From a virus (Duplodnaviria > Caudoviricetes), in IMG/VR virus record IMGVR_UViG_3300005512_000172, positions 1 to 33,473 of that record: a stretch of 33,473 bases of DNA. One strand, written 5' to 3'. Shown here in pieces: positions 18,129 to 25,469 of this stretch (position 1 is the stretch's first letter; each line of letters begins with the position of its first letter). The position numbers and the translations under genes were made by a program. The notes under the pieces were generated by a model, which was not told where the DNA came from, searched no databases, and was given only the letters and a program-made list of their open reading frames with translations.

Positions 18129-18428
18129 ATGCGAAAGATCGAAATGAATATGAATTCCGCTGTCATGCTTGGTCGTGACTGGTCAGAAGCCAACACCAGC
18201 ACCAAGAAAATCTACGGGGCTGACGCAAAGGTAAGCGTTTACCTTCACGGTAATCACATCGCCACAGTCTGGGGTGCTTGTCACGGTCGGGATCAATGGA
18301 CGGTCGAGGTCAACACCCGCACGCTGGGTGAGTATCCAACGCGCACCACAATGTCACGGCTCCGCGCTCTGGGCGTGGATGTTTGCACCCGAAAGGGTGA
18401 AGTTCTGCTCGACGGGGTGGCACTGTGA
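18129..18428 (+). CDS. First early gene, conserved hypothetical phage protein
   Basis: Start ATG 18129 behind GGGAG; MRKIE...W...NT...VYLHGNxIA...TTxSRL pattern seen in aquatic phages. Confidence 0.75.
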   Translation: MRKIEMNMNSAVMLGRDWSEANTSTKKIYGADAKVSVYLHGNHIATVWGACHGRDQWTVEVNTRTLGEYPTRTTMSRLRALGVDVCTRKGEVLLDGVAL

Positions 18429-18799
18429 TGGATTTCTACAAAACAGACGGCGGCAGAATCTGTCGCACCTTCAAGGATGATTGCGTCATCCGCTCCATCT
18501 CGATTGCAATGCGAAAGCCATACGCCGAGGTTTTCACCGAAATGATGGCGCTGGGCCTTGAGATGGGCGCCTATCCAAACCATGAAAAGGTCTGGATCAA
18601 GTACCTTGAGAGCAACGGCTTCAAAAAGAACCGGCCCCCTCGCGATGAGAGGGGCAAGCTAATCAAGTTGCGCGATTGGGACTTCAAGGGCACCGCAGTC
18701 GTCCGCAACAGCCGTCACCTAACAGCGGTGGACGGTGGCACCGTCATCGACTCATGGGACTGCCGACGCAGACCCGTCAATTCATACTGGTCAAAGTAA
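18428..18799 (+). CDS. Putative papain-like (Cys-His-Asp) enzyme
   Basis: DDCVIRSISIA...RHLTAVDGGTVIDSWD; TGATG coupling to the upstream gene. Confidence 0.55.
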   Translation: MDFYKTDGGRICRTFKDDCVIRSISIAMRKPYAEVFTEMMALGLEMGAYPNHEKVWIKYLESNGFKKNRPPRDERGKLIKLRDWDFKGTAVVRNSRHLTAVDGGTVIDSWDCRRRPVNSYWSK

Positions 18800-18823
18800 A
18801 AAGCGGGGGCCATGTGCCCCCAA

Positions 18824-18874
18824 GGTCTGACAGATAGCACTGTCACTGAGGATGGCCTGATGCTGGCCGAAACC
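18824..18874 (+). ncRNA. Type III hammerhead ribozyme
   Basis: GGUC (cleavage after C18827); stem I UGACAG/CUGUCA; core CUGAGGA; one extra U; stem II GGCC/GGCC; GAAA; stem III ACC/GGU; loop I AGCA complementary to loop II UGCU. Confidence 0.78.
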
Positions 18875-18898
18875 AATTCACTAAGGGAGTGAATCAAT

Positions 18899-19876
18899 AT
18901 GAGTTTTATCGAAACCGCTTCAAACAATTTCATGCTGGTGCAGGTCACGGTTCGCCGCTGGTCTGGTGTCCAGCAACTCAAGTCGGGCTCAGCCAAGGCC
19001 GCTCAACAGGCCAACGCCAACCCCGACGCCGCCCGTATGTATGTCAACCTGCTGGGTTCACACCATGCGGATCTCAAGCAGGTGTCAGCCAAGTTTGCCG
19101 CCATCCGCACCTACCTTTACGAGCACACCCTGCCCTTCTCTGATGCGGGCGAGGGCCAGCAACGTCGAGGCGACCGGCTGGTCGCTGTTGCCAATGTGCC
19201 CGAAGTGCTCAGCAAGCTGGGCGAATTGAAGTCGGAGGCATACGCCGCGCTCGACGCATTCCTGCCCGAGTATGACCGGCTCCGAGAGTTTGCGATCCAG
19301 CATGATCTCGGCGACTGGCGCAGTGAAGTGACATACCCCACCGCTGACGAGGTGCGCAGTATGTTTGCCGCATCGCTGACGCCGCCTCAACCGATCCCAA
19401 TGTGTGACATGTCAGCACTAAACCTGCCCGCTGGGCTCGCCGCTGACATCGCCGCACGTCACGAAGCCGCGCTATCGACTCAACTGGAAGGCGCCAAGGA
19501 CGCCGCTATCGACGGGGCTCGGGATCACATGGCGAACGTGGAAAAGCAGTTGACTGATGGCAAGCGCCTCCACCAATCGCTGATCGACAACGCCAAGCGC
19601 CACGCCACCCTGTTGCGCGGGATGGTGCAGGGGTATGACAACGATCCCCGCGTGCTCCAGATCGCTGACCTGATCGACGAGCAGATCGGTTCAATCGGCA
19701 ACATTGAGAAAGTCAAGAACAGCGCGACTCTCAGGGCGACCGCTATCCGCGCCGCTCAGACCGCGCACAAAACACTGGGTGCAGTATCCAACGCGCCTTC
19801 AACCGCTAAACCCGTGGCACCTGCCGCATCCAATGTGGTCATGGGCGACTCACTGCTCGCTGACCTTATCGACTAA
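18899..19876 (+). CDS. DUF3150-like helical protein
   Basis: MLVxVTVRRWSG...IRTYLYEHTLPF...G.RLV...YPTADEVR..F pattern of the family that accompanies AAA/vWA pairs. Confidence 0.6.
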   Translation: MSFIETASNNFMLVQVTVRRWSGVQQLKSGSAKAAQQANANPDAARMYVNLLGSHHADLKQVSAKFAAIRTYLYEHTLPFSDAGEGQQRRGDRLVAVANVPEVLSKLGELKSEAYAALDAFLPEYDRLREFAIQHDLGDWRSEVTYPTADEVRSMFAASLTPPQPIPMCDMSALNLPAGLAADIAARHEAALSTQLEGAKDAAIDGARDHMANVEKQLTDGKRLHQSLIDNAKRHATLLRGMVQGYDNDPRVLQIADLIDEQIGSIGNIEKVKNSATLRATAIRAAQTAHKTLGAVSNAPSTAKPVAPAASNVVMGDSLLADLID

Positions 19877-19902
19877 TCACGATTCCTAGGGAGGGATTCA
19901 AT

Positions 19903-21036
19903 ATGTCGCATATCACAACCAATATCGCTCAGCTTGAGCAAATGGCCCCCGTCATCCTCAACAGTGCCCAGCGCAAACCGCTGGTGCTGGTCGGCATGGT
20001 CGGGATTGCAAAAACCCAGTGGATCAAATCCACCTATCACGACCTGTACGCCGAGCACCTTGGGCTCTCGACTGATCGAGTCGGGTTCATTCAAGAGCGT
20101 GTGGCCAACCGTGACTCTGCCGAGATCGCGGGCGTCGCGCTCCCCGTCAAGACCGAGGACGGTGACGTGCTGACCAAGTTCACGAAGCCGCCGCTGATTA
20201 CCAAGATCGAAGAAACGGGTCTGGAGCATGGCATCATCCTGTTCGATGAGATGTTGCAGGCACCCGCCGACGTTCAGAAGGTGCTCGCCGACGTGCTTGA
20301 TCCTGACGAGCGCACGCTGGCTGGCTGGGATATCCCCGAGGGCTGGATCGTTGCGGCGACTGGCAACCGTGTCGCTGACAAGTCTGGAGCAAGCCGCTTG
20401 CTCTCACACCTGCTCAACCGATGCCGCATCTTTGAGTTGGAGTTCAACGTCAATCAGTGGGCCGACTGGGCCCGCAGTAACGATGTCAACCCGCTCGCCA
20501 TCGACTGCGCGGTGACGTATCACGGCGAGGATTTCTTTGCCACGTCAGTCCCGACCGAGGACGGACCATTCTGCACCCCGCGCTCGCTGGTGCATGCCGC
20601 CTCTGACCTGACCGCGTTCATGGATACCGATGCCTTTGATGGCACCTATATCCCCTCGCACATTGAGGCGCTGGTCGCATCAAGTATCGGGCAACGTGCC
20701 GCTGGCATGTTGTCACGTCACATCGCTATGGCTGACGAGGTGCCTCAAGCCGAGGATATCTTTGCTGGCCCCAACGATGCCAATGTGCCAGATTCGACCG
20801 GCTACCAACTGCTCGCCGCCAACCGAGCTATCAACGGCGCCGAGACTGCCAACATGGGCGAGGCCGCACTGCAATACATCGTGCGCTTGCGTCCCGACTT
20901 GCAGGTATCGCTGGGCACCAAACTGCTCCGCGCCTCTGCCAAAAACGGGTGGGTGCTGACATCTGATGTCGCTACCGCATTCATCCAGAAGTTCCACGAC
21001 CTGATCCCGCTCGCCGAAGCGGCCAACTGGAGGTAA
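19903..21036 (+). CDS. MoxR-like AAA+ ATPase
   Basis: Walker A variant GMVGIAKT, Walker B IILFDE, sensor ATGNR, Arg finger LLNR, sensor II TPRS. Confidence 0.85.
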   Translation: MSHITTNIAQLEQMAPVILNSAQRKPLVLVGMVGIAKTQWIKSTYHDLYAEHLGLSTDRVGFIQERVANRDSAEIAGVALPVKTEDGDVLTKFTKPPLITKIEETGLEHGIILFDEMLQAPADVQKVLADVLDPDERTLAGWDIPEGWIVAATGNRVADKSGASRLLSHLLNRCRIFELEFNVNQWADWARSNDVNPLAIDCAVTYHGEDFFATSVPTEDGPFCTPRSLVHAASDLTAFMDTDAFDGTYIPSHIEALVASSIGQRAAGMLSRHIAMADEVPQAEDIFAGPNDANVPDSTGYQLLAANRAINGAETANMGEAALQYIVRLRPDLQVSLGTKLLRASAKNGWVLTSDVATAFIQKFHDLIPLAEAANWR

Positions 21037-21042
21037 CAAGTT

Positions 21043-22428
21043 ATGAGAGCCAAAAAGCTGTTCGCTCCGACCGATGACCTGAGCAATTCGCGCCGTTACA
21101 TTGCGGCGCTGATCGCTCTCCAAGCCAAGGCGCCAGTGCATTACAGTGTACTGCTCGCCACCGAGGTGATCTGGACTGACAAAATCCCGACTGCCGCTAC
21201 CGATGGCGTGTATGTTTACGTCTCCCCCGACTTCTTCCGAGGTCTGGAGAGCGACCAACAGCGCGCATTCCTGCTCGCTCACGAGGTGTCGCACATCATC
21301 CTGCGGCACCCCCAGCGTGGGCAGGCGTACCAGAAGCGCGGGCGCTTCAACTCCAGCACCCCGTTCGACGCCGCACTCTACAACCGCGCCGCTGATTACG
21401 TCATCAACTCCGACTGCAAGGCGATGGGTCTGGAGCCGATACCCGAAGGGTGCTACTCCGACGAGTATGGCCGCAACGATCTGGTCGACTCGGTATACCT
21501 GTCGATCCACTCAAACCAGCCCGAGCCCGAGCAGTCTGAGGGCGCCGAGCAGGATGACGATGGTGAGCAGGGTTCAGGTCAGCAGTCTGCTGGTGACAAG
21601 TCAGATCCAAGTGGCGGCGCCGGAGAGGGCGACTCATCCGGACAATCAGAGCCGGAGCTTCCCGATGCCGAGGGCCACGACTACCACCTGACGCCGCAGT
21701 ATGAGGGCGACGACGACGAGCAGGAAGCCGCCGCTCGTGAGGATGAGCACCAACTCCGCTCATCTGTCGATGACGGTATCGAACAGCTTGAGCGTGACGG
21801 TGGCGACAAGGCCAGTATCAGTGACGAGATCCGCGAGGGCTCGCACCGCTACCGATCCTCGACTGCCAGCGACACCGACTGGCGAGCAGAGCTTGCTGAT
21901 CGGTTCACTCGCGCAGGTGATGGCGGCCAGAAAACATGGTCGCGCATCCATCGCCGACGCTATGCCACGCTGAATGTCATCAGCCCCACGTCAATCGGGC
22001 AGGTCGGTCGGGTGGCGCTTGTCATTGACATCTCAGCGTCAGTCGACACCGAACAGCTTGACCGCTTTATGACCGAGTGTGCATCGCTGATCGACACGAC
22101 CCAGCCGCGTGATGGCGTCGTGGTCTGCTGGACTAACCACATGATGCGCGAGGCTGTCGAGGTCTACTCGGGCGCCGAGCTTCTGGATCTGGAGGCGCCG
22201 TGTGGTGGTGGCACCTACATGACCGCAGGCGTCGAGTGGCTGGAGGCTAACGGTCTGGAGTCCGACCTGACTCTGGTGTTCACCGATGGCGAGATGATGC
22301 ACGATGACTGGCAGTCACTGGGTCAGCGTGACAATCTGGTGGTGGTGCTCGACCGCGAACCCTACCACTACATCCGACGCGACATCGCCGAGTCTGGTGT
22401 CGACACCATCGTCGCTCAGGCGGCGTAA
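21043..22428 (+). CDS. HExxH metallopeptidase-vWA protein (DUF2201-like)
   Basis: PTAATDG, HEVSH, NRAADYVIN; acidic linker; vWA MIDAS residues DISAS...GGGT...FTDG. Confidence 0.85.
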   Translation: MRAKKLFAPTDDLSNSRRYIAALIALQAKAPVHYSVLLATEVIWTDKIPTAATDGVYVYVSPDFFRGLESDQQRAFLLAHEVSHIILRHPQRGQAYQKRGRFNSSTPFDAALYNRAADYVINSDCKAMGLEPIPEGCYSDEYGRNDLVDSVYLSIHSNQPEPEQSEGAEQDDDGEQGSGQQSAGDKSDPSGGAGEGDSSGQSEPELPDAEGHDYHLTPQYEGDDDEQEAAAREDEHQLRSSVDDGIEQLERDGGDKASISDEIREGSHRYRSSTASDTDWRAELADRFTRAGDGGQKTWSRIHRRRYATLNVISPTSIGQVGRVALVIDISASVDTEQLDRFMTECASLIDTTQPRDGVVVCWTNHMMREAVEVYSGAELLDLEAPCGGGTYMTAGVEWLEANGLESDLTLVFTDGEMMHDDWQSLGQRDNLVVVLDREPYHYIRRDIAESGVDTIVAQAA

Positions 22429-22568
22429 TCCACGGGGGTGCGTGTTGCGCAACGCGCAACCACCCCAGTACCCAAACTCGTATCGCCAGTGCACACCAGT
22501 GGGCGGCTGTGCAGTGAAGTATGTCGGACATTTTTACTCTTAACAAGTTACCTACTAGTGGAAGCTAC

Positions 22569-22592
22569 GGGGCCACACGCCCCTTATTTTTT
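22569..22592 (+). terminator. Rho-independent terminator ending the first early operon
   Basis: GGGGC-CACAC-GCCCC followed by TTATTTTTT. Confidence 0.7.
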
Positions 22593-22604
22593 AGGGAGAG
22601 AAAC

Positions 22605-22844
22605 ATGCAACAGGTAGAAGTTAAAGCCAAAACTATTCAAGGCAAGCAGGGCTGGGTCGTTTGCTGGAGCGACCTGTTTGGACGCAGTGAGGTGCCAGTG
22701 GCGAAGTCATTTGGCATGTCAAGCATGGGGCCGAGGCTGGCGCTGGAAGAGCTTTGCATTAGCAAGGGCTGGGGCGTTGTCGCCTTTGATGAACAACCAG
22801 AGGGCGGCTTGCTCGCCTATGTGGAGGACGCGAGGGTATGCTGA
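22605..22844 (+). CDS. Hypothetical protein
   Basis: Start ATG 22605 behind GGGAG; overlaps the next gene. Confidence 0.6.
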   Translation: MQQVEVKAKTIQGKQGWVVCWSDLFGRSEVPVAKSFGMSSMGPRLALEELCISKGWGVVAFDEQPEGGLLAYVEDARVC

Positions 22845-23029
22845 CCATCGAAGAGATTGGGATTCGCATTCGCTGTGCCGTTCTTGATCTGAACAAGTTA
22901 TCAGCAAAGAAACGAAGCGAACATCCAGAGATCGCCGCCGAGATCGAAAAGATCGCCAACGAAATAACCGACGCCGTGAACGGCAGGGAGGCAAGCAGTG
23001 GGGAAGATCATTCAGTTTCCGGAGAGTGA
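22838..23029 (+). CDS. Hypothetical protein
   Basis: 63 aa helical ORF in a tightly packed run. Confidence 0.55.
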   Translation: MLTIEEIGIRIRCAVLDLNKLSAKKRSEHPEIAAEIEKIANEITDAVNGREASSGEDHSVSGE

Positions 23030-23255
23030 CGACGGACAAGCCGACATCATCGCCGCCTACGAGCGGGGGATTATGGCCGCAGTGGGCTTGATGGAGACGA
23101 TGCAAGCCAACGAGAAAGATCCGCAGGCCGCTTTGGCTGGCGTGGTCTATGGCATGGTGCGGAGCTGTTACGAGATTTGTGAAACCACCGAGGGTGCCCG
23201 CACCCTTCTGAAAGCCGCAATGGAAAGGGTCGAGCTGGGGGTCGGCCCCGAGTAG
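22998..23255 (+). CDS. Hypothetical protein
   Basis: GTG start behind GGGAGG; N-terminal GKIIQFP motif common in phage proteins. Confidence 0.6.
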   Translation: MGKIIQFPESDDGQADIIAAYERGIMAAVGLMETMQANEKDPQAALAGVVYGMVRSCYEICETTEGARTLLKAAMERVELGVGPE

Positions 23256-23265
23256 AGGTAATTAG

Positions 23266-23294
23266 TAGACATCATTTCATTGTGATGTTATGTT
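23266..23294 (+). promoter_or_regulatory. Sigma70-like promoter with an inverted repeat in its spacer
   Basis: TAGACA, 17 bp, extended -10 TGt-TATGTT; ACATCA-N8-TGATGT at 23269-23288. Confidence 0.6.
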
Positions 23295-23324
23295 CAGTTT
23301 GTCATATCAACTAGGGAGGTTTTT

Positions 23325-23411
23325 ATGGAAATGTGTCCTGTTTGTCTGGTCGTGAACGGCCATCATCCGAACTGTCCGAACCAGCGGAGGCCAGCCAATG
23401 TCACCGCATGA
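23325..23411 (+). CDS. 28-aa putative zinc-binding microprotein
   Basis: GGGAGG SD then MEMCPVCLVVNGHHPNCPNQRRPANVTA; CxxC...HxxxC; below the ORF-track cutoff. Confidence 0.55.
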   Translation: MEMCPVCLVVNGHHPNCPNQRRPANVTA

Positions 23412-23649
23412 GCACACGTTTGGGAAACTCAATCAACGCGACCGCATCAAGAAATTTCTTGAAATGGGTCAAACCCTGACACGCCTCAATGCGTGGGCGC
23501 GTCTGGGGATTCTGGAGGCTCCCGCTCGCATCTCAGAACTGCGAGCAGAGGGTCACGATATCAAGACGAAAATGGTGACAGTCCGCAATCGCTATGGCCA
23601 CAAGGTCAGCGTAGCGGAATGGTCTATGGGAGATACCAATGACAAGTGA
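23398..23649 (+). CDS. Winged helix-turn-helix protein
   Basis: LTRLNA...LGI...PARISELRAEGHDIKT...VAEW. Confidence 0.75.
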   Translation: MSPHEHTFGKLNQRDRIKKFLEMGQTLTRLNAWARLGILEAPARISELRAEGHDIKTKMVTVRNRYGHKVSVAEWSMGDTNDK

Positions 23650-23824
23650 GCAGATAGAAAAACAGATCGCCGACTTTCAGAAACGGGGCGGCAAGATCCA
23701 AAAGATTGAGAGAGGGCTCAGCGCGACCAGCATGGTGGGCGGGCCTTTTAACAACCGATCAGCAGAGCGGAACAGAACTAAGCGTGGAGGCTTAGGGATC
23801 ACCGTCAAGGAGAGAAGCCGATGA
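23639..23824 (+). CDS. SutA-like putative RNA polymerase-binding protein
   Basis: IEKQIADFQKRGGKIQKI resembles the SutA core (EFLxRGGKVQxI). Confidence 0.55.
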   Translation: MTSEQIEKQIADFQKRGGKIQKIERGLSATSMVGGPFNNRSAERNRTKRGGLGITVKERSR

Positions 23825-24057
23825 CCGACGTGTTTGAGGTGGACGAGCGATTCCTTTCCATCGCCACGCTGGACGTGGTGGTCAAGTACATGAACGCCGA
23901 TGACACCGAGAAGTTTGTTCGCAGACTTGTTGTGAGGAAGAAGATCGCCAAGCGATCAGACGAGGACTTTGAGCTGACAGTCAATGAGGCCGGTGACATG
24001 CTTCAAGAGCTGTCGCTCAAGGTGGTGATGGACTTTATCGGACAGGCGAGGCACTGA
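23821..24057 (+). CDS. Hypothetical protein
   Basis: 78 aa, ATGA coupling. Confidence 0.6.
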   Translation: MTDVFEVDERFLSIATLDVVVKYMNADDTEKFVRRLVVRKKIAKRSDEDFELTVNEAGDMLQELSLKVVMDFIGQARH

Positions 24058-24058
24058 C

Positions 24059-24274
24059 ATGAGCGCACTTGATAGGCAGATCGACGGAGATCACTACAAA
24101 AAGCTGGTCATTCAGCCGCTTGAGTATTGCCTCCAAAATAACCTTGGGATTTGCGAGCACGGTGCAATCAAGTATCTGTCTCGGTGGCGCGACAAAGGTG
24201 GCGTCTCTGATCTCCGAAAGGCGATTCACTACATCGAAATCCTAATCGAACAGGAGGTGTCCTGTGAGGATTGA
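24059..24274 (+). CDS. DUF3310 protein (T7 gp1.7-like)
   Basis: QIxGDHYK...IQP.EY...IKY.SR...KGG..DLRKA.HY. Confidence 0.82.
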   Translation: MSALDRQIDGDHYKKLVIQPLEYCLQNNLGICEHGAIKYLSRWRDKGGVSDLRKAIHYIEILIEQEVSCED

Positions 24275-24449
24275 GCTATCTGATGCGGTACTGCTTGTTG
24301 CTCTGGCCTTGATGTTTGTGGTTAGCGGAACCATGAGCTTTGAGGACGAAGTGAGCAGGATGGAAAATTACTGTGAGATGGTCAGGAGTAATGCGTGGCC
24401 CGACTACGACTCAACAATTAACTGCGAAGAGGAAAACAGCCATGAATGA
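24264..24449 (+). CDS. Small membrane/secreted protein
   Basis: N-terminal hydrophobic helix; YCEMV...WPDY motif. Confidence 0.6.
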   Translation: MRIELSDAVLLVALALMFVVSGTMSFEDEVSRMENYCEMVRSNAWPDYDSTINCEEENSHE

Positions 24450-24957
24450 TACCGACAAGAAGGTGCTACAGGCATCTGAAAACTACCCCAGCTTTCGGGG
24501 GTACTATGTTCCCGCACAGAAAAAGGAGGTGCCGGCGATGAAGCGATGGTCAGCGGAAGAGGATGTACTGCTGTACGAGCTGATGGCAAAGAAGAAGAGC
24601 TATGCCGAGATCAGCGAGATCATGGGGCGCACCCAGAAGTCAGTGGAAATGCGGGCGTTTTCTTTAAGGAAGAAGATGCGCGAAGCAGGCATGAAGGGCC
24701 AATCCAAAGTGATGAGCAAGAACAGGCCAGCCAAACGCAAGGCGACCGCCAAGAAGGTCACTGCCAAGAAAGCGCCCATCAAGAAGGCACCCGCTCCAAA
24801 GAAGGAGGCACCGAAACCAGAACAGCCTCCCTCTGCTCCACCCAACAGCGTGTTGGATAAGTACACTGGCGAGCTAATCATGCTCAGCGCGGCTGGCGCC
24901 GCAGGCATCTGGCTCATCCTTATCTTGCTCGGTATTGGGGTTATTCAGAAGCTATGA
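24442..24957 (+). CDS. Myb/SANT-like HTH plus Lys/Ala/Pro-rich segment plus C-terminal transmembrane helix
   Basis: RWSAEED..L...SYAEISEIMGRTQKSV..R; KKVTAKKAPIKKAPAPKK; hydrophobic C-terminus. Confidence 0.65.
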   Translation: MNDTDKKVLQASENYPSFRGYYVPAQKKEVPAMKRWSAEEDVLLYELMAKKKSYAEISEIMGRTQKSVEMRAFSLRKKMREAGMKGQSKVMSKNRPAKRKATAKKVTAKKAPIKKAPAPKKEAPKPEQPPSAPPNSVLDKYTGELIMLSAAGAAGIWLILILLGIGVIQKL

Positions 24958-25157
24958 CCGGAGCACGCCTTGCTGGTAAGAAGTTTGCTCTAAGCAAGGA
25001 GCAGGTGGCCCGCGCAATGGAACTGTCGGACGAGGGCCATTATTGGTGGCAAATCGCCATCATGCTAGGGGTGGCGCAGTCCACCCTGATGCGCTACGTT
25101 AGAGGCGCTGAACTGTACGGATATTCGTTCTGGACTGATCGACCGAGGGATGACTGA
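24954..25157 (+). CDS. Small HTH protein
   Basis: LSKEQV...WQIAIMLGVAQSTLMRYV. Confidence 0.7.
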   Translation: MTGARLAGKKFALSKEQVARAMELSDEGHYWWQIAIMLGVAQSTLMRYVRGAELYGYSFWTDRPRDD

Positions 25158-25375
25158 TGCAAGACCCTGTATCGCAAAGGGCCACCAGAGCCACGATAGA
25201 AGTAAACAGGTCACGAGGGGCGCTGAGTCGCCTCCCGCTTGACGGACAGGATAGGATTTCACAAGACAGACTTGAGAAATTTATCAACGGTAAATATCAC
25301 TGGAAGGGGCTTACCCCTTCAGATCAAATGCGGATTGCTGTGGAGCTTCATGCTTTGCGGCAACAGCATATCTAA
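25157..25375 (+). CDS. Hypothetical protein
   Basis: 72 aa, TGATG coupling, last gene of the rightward run. Confidence 0.55.
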   Translation: MQDPVSQRATRATIEVNRSRGALSRLPLDGQDRISQDRLEKFINGKYHWKGLTPSDQMRIAVELHALRQQHI

Positions 25376-25469
25376 CAGCCCCCACACTCCCTACGGTGAG
25401 CGGTGGCATCGTTAGGTCATGTCAAGGGGGGCCGATACATTGGATCTTGACTTGACCACCCACCGCACC

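Noticed and set aside
18798-18821. Hairpin with upstream A-tract as a minus-strand terminator
   Set aside because: Possible, but no minus-strand gene leads into it; better explained as the 3' hairpin before the ribozyme cut.
20713-21510. 265-aa minus-strand ORF
   Set aside because: Shadow of the GC-rich AAA and vWA genes; no motifs.
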